Of a DNA stretch of 32,000 bases, positions 28,901 to 32,000 are shown in pieces; position 1 is the first letter of the stretch; each line of letters begins with the position of its first letter. The position numbers and the translations under genes were made by a program. The DNA is taken from assembly GCF_003231495.1 (NCBI RefSeq), contig NZ_PQWO01000002.1:420001-452000 (forward strand), in the 5' to 3' direction. Below the pieces are notes generated by a model. That model was not told the origin of the DNA. It was given only the letters and a program-made list of their open reading frames with translations, and searched no databases. This stretch comes from Acaryochloris thomasi RCC1774. GTDB taxonomy: Bacteria; Cyanobacteriota; Cyanobacteriia; Thermosynechococcales; Thermosynechococcaceae.

Positions 28901-29434
28901 CAGGAGGGCTTAGAGACGGCGATTGAATGCCAACCAGATTTGATTCTTGTAGATTTGGTCATGCCTGTGATGGACGGTTTAGAGATGAGTCGCGCATTGC
29001 GCAATGTACCTGAGCTGCAGCATGTACCGGTGATTGCGTCTTCTGCTAGTGTTTCGCCGCTCGATCGGCAGCGCAGTCGAGACGCGGGCTGTAATGCCTT
29101 TATTCCTAAACCTGTCCAGGTTGATCAGTTACTACATCTGCTACAGCAATACCTGCATCTGCAATGGGTTAAGCAGCATGTTCCCAACATCCAAGTTGAT
29201 GAACGACCCTCTGAGCAGAAGCTGAAGCTGCCGCCAATCGATCGGTTAGAGGCTTTCTATTACTTGGCCCAGAAGGGCAGTATTTACGAAATTCTAGATG
29301 AATTAGAACCGTTAGAGCAGGCTGATGAAGCTCTGCAGCCCTTTTGCTGTTATCTCGCTCATCTCATTGATGATTTGCAGGTTAATCAACTGAAAGCGTT
29401 CCTCACTACTGCTCTCAAGTCCCCCAGGCACTAG
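25997..29434 (+). CDS. Hybrid sensor histidine kinase (PAS-like, GAF, PAS, GAF, HisKA, HATPase_c, REC, C-terminal ~75-aa helical tail)
   Basis: H-box SHELRTPLN (His codon at 28037-28039). N/G boxes LDNALKFT and DTGVGI...GTGLGLAVS. The receiver has LLIVDDQ...[13 protein letters not shown]...KP. Two GAF domains (...VSRCHIYLY... and ...VSRCHIHYY...) flank a PAS domain (...[17 protein letters not shown]...). The ORF track opens at 25913; ATG 25997 (MTTLDLAPF) is the more plausible start. Confidence 0.9.
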   Translation: MTTLDLAPFNLLKTPIFIFDPDRMQIWWANQAGLTVWQATSLDELRDRDHPNVEPSDLRTYQQQIQQGATVIAQWRIGSVAGSTVARCLLSPIEIEAGRIALLVEVMPVLSNLLSQRSSPQPSQPLELSSAQINLLEHITEDVHSSLKTQQLVQTQHSLQNIAERLGDGFRVSRCHIYLYSDESEPHLAAVAEYQTSNFLSLVGLKFPVASNPCAQKLLAVDQPIAIKDVPENSQLDSLCSQILTPALRSMVTVRTSHQQQPNGAIILSQCNALREWTPDELQTLELIAHQVGLALAQVQHLERDQPFLPQYKVLSAQDDGTAERQLREARAQATFQQAAVGLAESDTRTGCLTHVNHRFCEMVGYTEAELCGGMRITDITHPEDLESSLESIKAIVSGQVPHLRLQKRYLCKDASILKAETTVSVIHSPVSDASYCLAVVQDMTEQAQVEQALEQQVQRELLLRDITQEIRQSLDAQQIFQTTVKRIGEAFQVSRCHIHYYFSETQAFPIVGEYLSEGYGSTLGVNISVEETPCVQEVLAQEQALGVTNVYHDPGLQRAIPVDRELELKSALMVRTSYQGQPNGAIVLHHCGPPLSRPDFMALPAAEQEQLTRQWTSEEIALLEAVASQVGIALAHAQLLEQEKLQRQELTQKNAALAQAKREADLANRAKSNFLANMSHELRTPLNGILGYGQILRRSNALSSQEQKGIRVILECGEHLLNLIDDLLDLSKIEVERMELQAADIHFPDFLMELVNISQMKAKQKGLNFFYHLSPALPSAIHADEKRLRQVLMNLLDNALKFTLQGSVTFSVDCDQYAQPLHQAPQHQSFSQVQRLRFKVVDTGVGIPPDDLTRIFLPFEQAAEGDFRRRGTGLGLAVSQKIMILLGGEIQVRSRLQEGSIFSVIVDLPVVPARENATARFKDTSTVVSYQGESKTLLIVDDQTSNREMFSDVLGRLGFKVLKASNGQEGLETAIECQPDLILVDLVMPVMDGLEMSRALRNVPELQHVPVIASSASVSPLDRQRSRDAGCNAFIPKPVQVDQLLHLLQQYLHLQWVKQHVPNIQVDERPSEQKLKLPPIDRLEAFYYLAQKGSIYEILDELEPLEQADEALQPFCCYLAHLIDDLQVNQLKAFLTTALKSPRH

Positions 29435-29596
29435 TTCCGTTATTTGGGCGTTAATTCAGTAATTTTGGTCGTTTTCGGTAATCTCCCGGAGGTAATCGCC
29501 CCAAATTATGCTCCACAATAGATAATGAACTAAGTCAAGTGCTGCCTCGTTGAGGCTCTTGTTAGACTCAATCAATACATACTGGCGAGGTTTCAC

Positions 29597-30610
29597 GTGC
29601 AGGCTGCACCAACGTCACAAGCGAATATTCTCATCGTTGACGATGTGCCGACTAACTTGCATGTGCTTGCACAAACGCTCAGGACGGCTGGGTTTATGGT
29701 CTGGCTGGCGACCGATGGCCATAATGCCCTTGGGCAGGTTGCTCATGAGCAACCTGATCTGATTTTGCTCGATATTCGCATGCCTGATCTTGACGGCTTT
29801 GAGGTTTGTAAAAGGCTCCAAGCTAATCCTGAAACCAGTGAGATCCCGATCATTTTTATGACGGCTCACAAGGATGCTGTAGATAAGGTGAAGGGACTAT
29901 CCTTAGGGGGCGTAGATTATGTCACTAAGCCGTTCCAAGATGAAGAAGTCCTCGCTCGTATCAAGGTCCATCTAAGGCTGCGTTCTTTGCGAGCATCGCT
30001 TCAGAAAGAAATTGAGCAGCGCAAGCAAACGGAGGTTCAACTAGCGCAAGCGAATGACAGGTTGCGACGGCTGGCTAATCTTGATGCTCTGACGCAGGTT
30101 GCTAACCGCTACCGTTTTGATGACTATCTCAATCAAACCTGGAAGCGACTACAGCGTGAACAGCTCTGTCTCTCTTTGGTCCTATGTGATGTGGACTATT
30201 TCAAGAATTTCAATGATCGCTATGGGCATCAGGTTGGAGATGATTGCCTGCGTCAGGTGGCTCAGGCGATTGAGCAGGGAACGAGACGTCCTGCGGACCT
30301 TGTGGCGCGTTACGGAGGCGAAGAGTTTGCGGTTATTTTACCGACGACAACGTTGGAGGGAGCGCTGCAGCTTTGCGATAATATGCGTGCTAACATCCAG
30401 CGGTTGCAGATTCCCCACGCAACGTCGCAGGTCAGTCCTGTTGTGACCGTGAGTTTTGGGCTGGTCAGTGCGGTTCCCACATCTAATATTACGCCTGAGC
30501 TATTAATCCAGGCTGCTGACAAAGCGCTCTATCGAGCAAAGTCTGAGGGGCGAGATACGTCTGTCTCTTGGCGCTTGGCTGATTATATAGCGTGGCAGCA
30601 AGAGCCGTGA
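29597..30610 (+). CDS. Response regulator with GGDEF output domain (REC-GGDEF diguanylate cyclase)
   Basis: The REC domain has ILIVDDVP...LILLDIRMPDLDG...TKP, followed by a coiled-coil linker. The GGDEF domain has an intact GGEEF active site (nt 30314-30328) and an RxxD-like I-site context (RRPAD) upstream. GTG start. Confidence 0.9.
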   Translation: MQAAPTSQANILIVDDVPTNLHVLAQTLRTAGFMVWLATDGHNALGQVAHEQPDLILLDIRMPDLDGFEVCKRLQANPETSEIPIIFMTAHKDAVDKVKGLSLGGVDYVTKPFQDEEVLARIKVHLRLRSLRASLQKEIEQRKQTEVQLAQANDRLRRLANLDALTQVANRYRFDDYLNQTWKRLQREQLCLSLVLCDVDYFKNFNDRYGHQVGDDCLRQVAQAIEQGTRRPADLVARYGGEEFAVILPTTTLEGALQLCDNMRANIQRLQIPHATSQVSPVVTVSFGLVSAVPTSNITPELLIQAADKALYRAKSEGRDTSVSWRLADYIAWQQEP

Positions 30611-30696
30611 TGGCTCATTCCTGGTGACGGCAGTTCTCTAAAGCGTTGCCAGAGCCCTGCTGCATGATACTTTGAAAACTTGGCGTTGATCTCTCT

Positions 30697-31650
30697 ATGA
30701 TGGAGCACCAAAAGATTCAGCCACGTCAGGGGACGACTTTTGTTGCGATGCTTGAAGGTCAGCCTTTGGCTATCGCATCTCTCTTAACTGGCATTATGGC
30801 CATTGCCTGTGCCGCTATTTTTATTAAGATCAGTACCACTGAGATTGGTCCGATTGCTACGATTAGCCATCGCTTCTGGATTGCGATTGTCCCACTGAGT
30901 CTATGGGCTGGAGTGGAGCGGCTGTTGCGGCCGTCGGAAACGTCGTCAAACCCCCTCGCAGTCGATGAATGGGCCTTATTATTGCTGGCGGGCGTTATTG
31001 CGGCCGTCGATTTACCCCTCTGGGCGTTCTCGCTGACGCGTACCAGCGTGGCGAACGCAATGGTGCTCAGCGATCTAGCTCCACTGTTTACAACGCTGGG
31101 CGCTTGGCTGCTGTGGCGTCAACGGTTTGACACTCGTTTTTTAGTAGGGTTAGCTATCAGTCTCGGGGGGGCAGTTGCCATTGGCTTTGGAGACGTTCAG
31201 TTAGACGCCCAACAAGCTTGGGGAGATGGAGCCGCGCTGCTGTCGGCCCTGTTTTTAAGTGTCTATTTACTGACGCTAGAACGATTGCGAACGCGGCTGT
31301 CGGCCCCTGTCATTCTTTTGAGTACTTCGACGATTGGCGCTTTGATTACGGGTGTGATTGCCCTTGTCGTGGAGCATCAATTTTTCCCGATTTCAAGTCA
31401 GGGGTGGGCTGCTGTAATTGGCTTGGCCCTGGTCAGTCAGGTTCTAGGACAAGGGTTGATTACCTATAGCCTGAGTCGATTATCGTCAGGGGTGGTGGCG
31501 CTCTCCTATCTGCTGGAGCCAGTGCTGTCGGCATTGGGGGCTTGGATTCTATTCTCAGAGACGTTGAGCTTATTCAACGAGGTCGCTTTTGCTCTCGTTA
31601 TTTTGGGTGTCTATATTGCCATTTCTAGTCAGTCTGCGGTGAAAGACTAA
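30697..31650 (+). CDS. EamA/DMT superfamily transporter (paralog of 22920-23906)
   Basis: 317 aa with about 10 TM helices and the duplicated EamA architecture. Confidence 0.8.
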   Translation: MMEHQKIQPRQGTTFVAMLEGQPLAIASLLTGIMAIACAAIFIKISTTEIGPIATISHRFWIAIVPLSLWAGVERLLRPSETSSNPLAVDEWALLLLAGVIAAVDLPLWAFSLTRTSVANAMVLSDLAPLFTTLGAWLLWRQRFDTRFLVGLAISLGGAVAIGFGDVQLDAQQAWGDGAALLSALFLSVYLLTLERLRTRLSAPVILLSTSTIGALITGVIALVVEHQFFPISSQGWAAVIGLALVSQVLGQGLITYSLSRLSSGVVALSYLLEPVLSALGAWILFSETLSLFNEVAFALVILGVYIAISSQSAVKD

Positions 31651-31690
31651 AGGACACTGCAATCTCTGATCTATTTTTGGGCGCGGGCTG

Positions 31691-32000
31691 CTAACGATCG
31701 AGTCCCTGTTTCACCCAGTGGATGCAGTCCTGCTCGCTGGCAAAGATTTTGGGGGCTGCAATATTGTTGAGATGGCTAGGGGGATAGTGATCGTAAAAGA
31801 TTTTGCCACCGATCGCTGAAATGATGATCAGGTTATGGCGATAGACGTAATGCTGTTGATAATAGCCGAGGGGCTGTTCTTCTTGAAGTTCTCTATCTAA
31901 ATGGTCTTTGGCAATTTCAATGATGCTTTCCAGCCTCTCTGTATATCGATCTGCTGGATTTTCTATCTTATGTAATGGTGCTTGATTTGTAACTAACGAC
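31691..32000 (-). CDS. Partial CDS (C-terminal ~103 codons; start lies beyond the window), unknown function
   Basis: My own translation of the minus strand is open from the window edge to a TAG at 31693-31691: ...ERLESIIEIAKDHLDRELQEEQPLGYYQQHYVYRHNLIIISAIGGKIFYDHYPPSHLNNIAAPKIFASEQDCIHWVKQGLDR*. It is absent from the ORF track, presumably because no start codon lies in the window. Confidence 0.4.
   Translation of the reverse strand, partial: SLVTNQAPLHKIENPADRYTERLESIIEIAKDHLDRELQEEQPLGYYQQHYVYRHNLIIISAIGGKIFYDHYPPSHLNNIAAPKIFASEQDCIHWVKQGLDR

Overview
This 32 kb window looks like cyanobacterial chromosome. I count at least 17 perfect copies of the HIP1 octamer GCGATCGC, and the gene content fits: a PetC-type Rieske protein, a DUF3181-like gene, and housekeeping argF, typA and moeB. 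G+C is roughly 50-57% by hand counts. No tRNA, rRNA or CRISPR array was seen.

Gene content, left to right:
- A GNAT acetyltransferase.
- A tightly coupled three-gene operon: lipoprotein with a solute-binding-like domain fused to VWA, a 2-TM coiled-coil protein, and a paralogous solute-binding-like protein.
- A stand-alone PetC-like Rieske gene.
- A detoxification-flavoured accessory stretch: AraC/MAPEG divergent pair, a decayed IS5-family element, a TetR regulator with three copies of a palindromic operator, a membrane protein, a type II HAD dehalogenase and an alpha/beta hydrolase.
- MoeB-rhodanese followed by a MOSC protein.
- A decayed patch holding an IS110-family transposase remnant and a GST C-terminal pseudogene.
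- Conserved hypothetical genes, then argF.
- A SAM-hydrolase/DUF2301/VOC operon, an HD hydrolase, two paralogous EamA transporters and typA.
- A large PAS-GAF-PAS-GAF hybrid histidine kinase with a REC-GGDEF partner.

The most unusual structure lies just downstream of argF. A PIN-toxin/antitoxin cassette is bracketed by two direct copies of the argF 3' end, about 195 bp each and about 85% identical, differing mostly at synonymous sites. Next to it is a 1.26 kb AT-rich insert (about 37% G+C) with imperfect terminal inverted repeats. That insert carries a single ORF: TM helix, coiled coil and an atypical receiver-like domain lacking the conserved Lys. I consider this stacked-cassette hotspot and the SBP-VWA operon the best candidates for undescribed biology. 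All functional calls rest on motif recognition by eye, not on searches.
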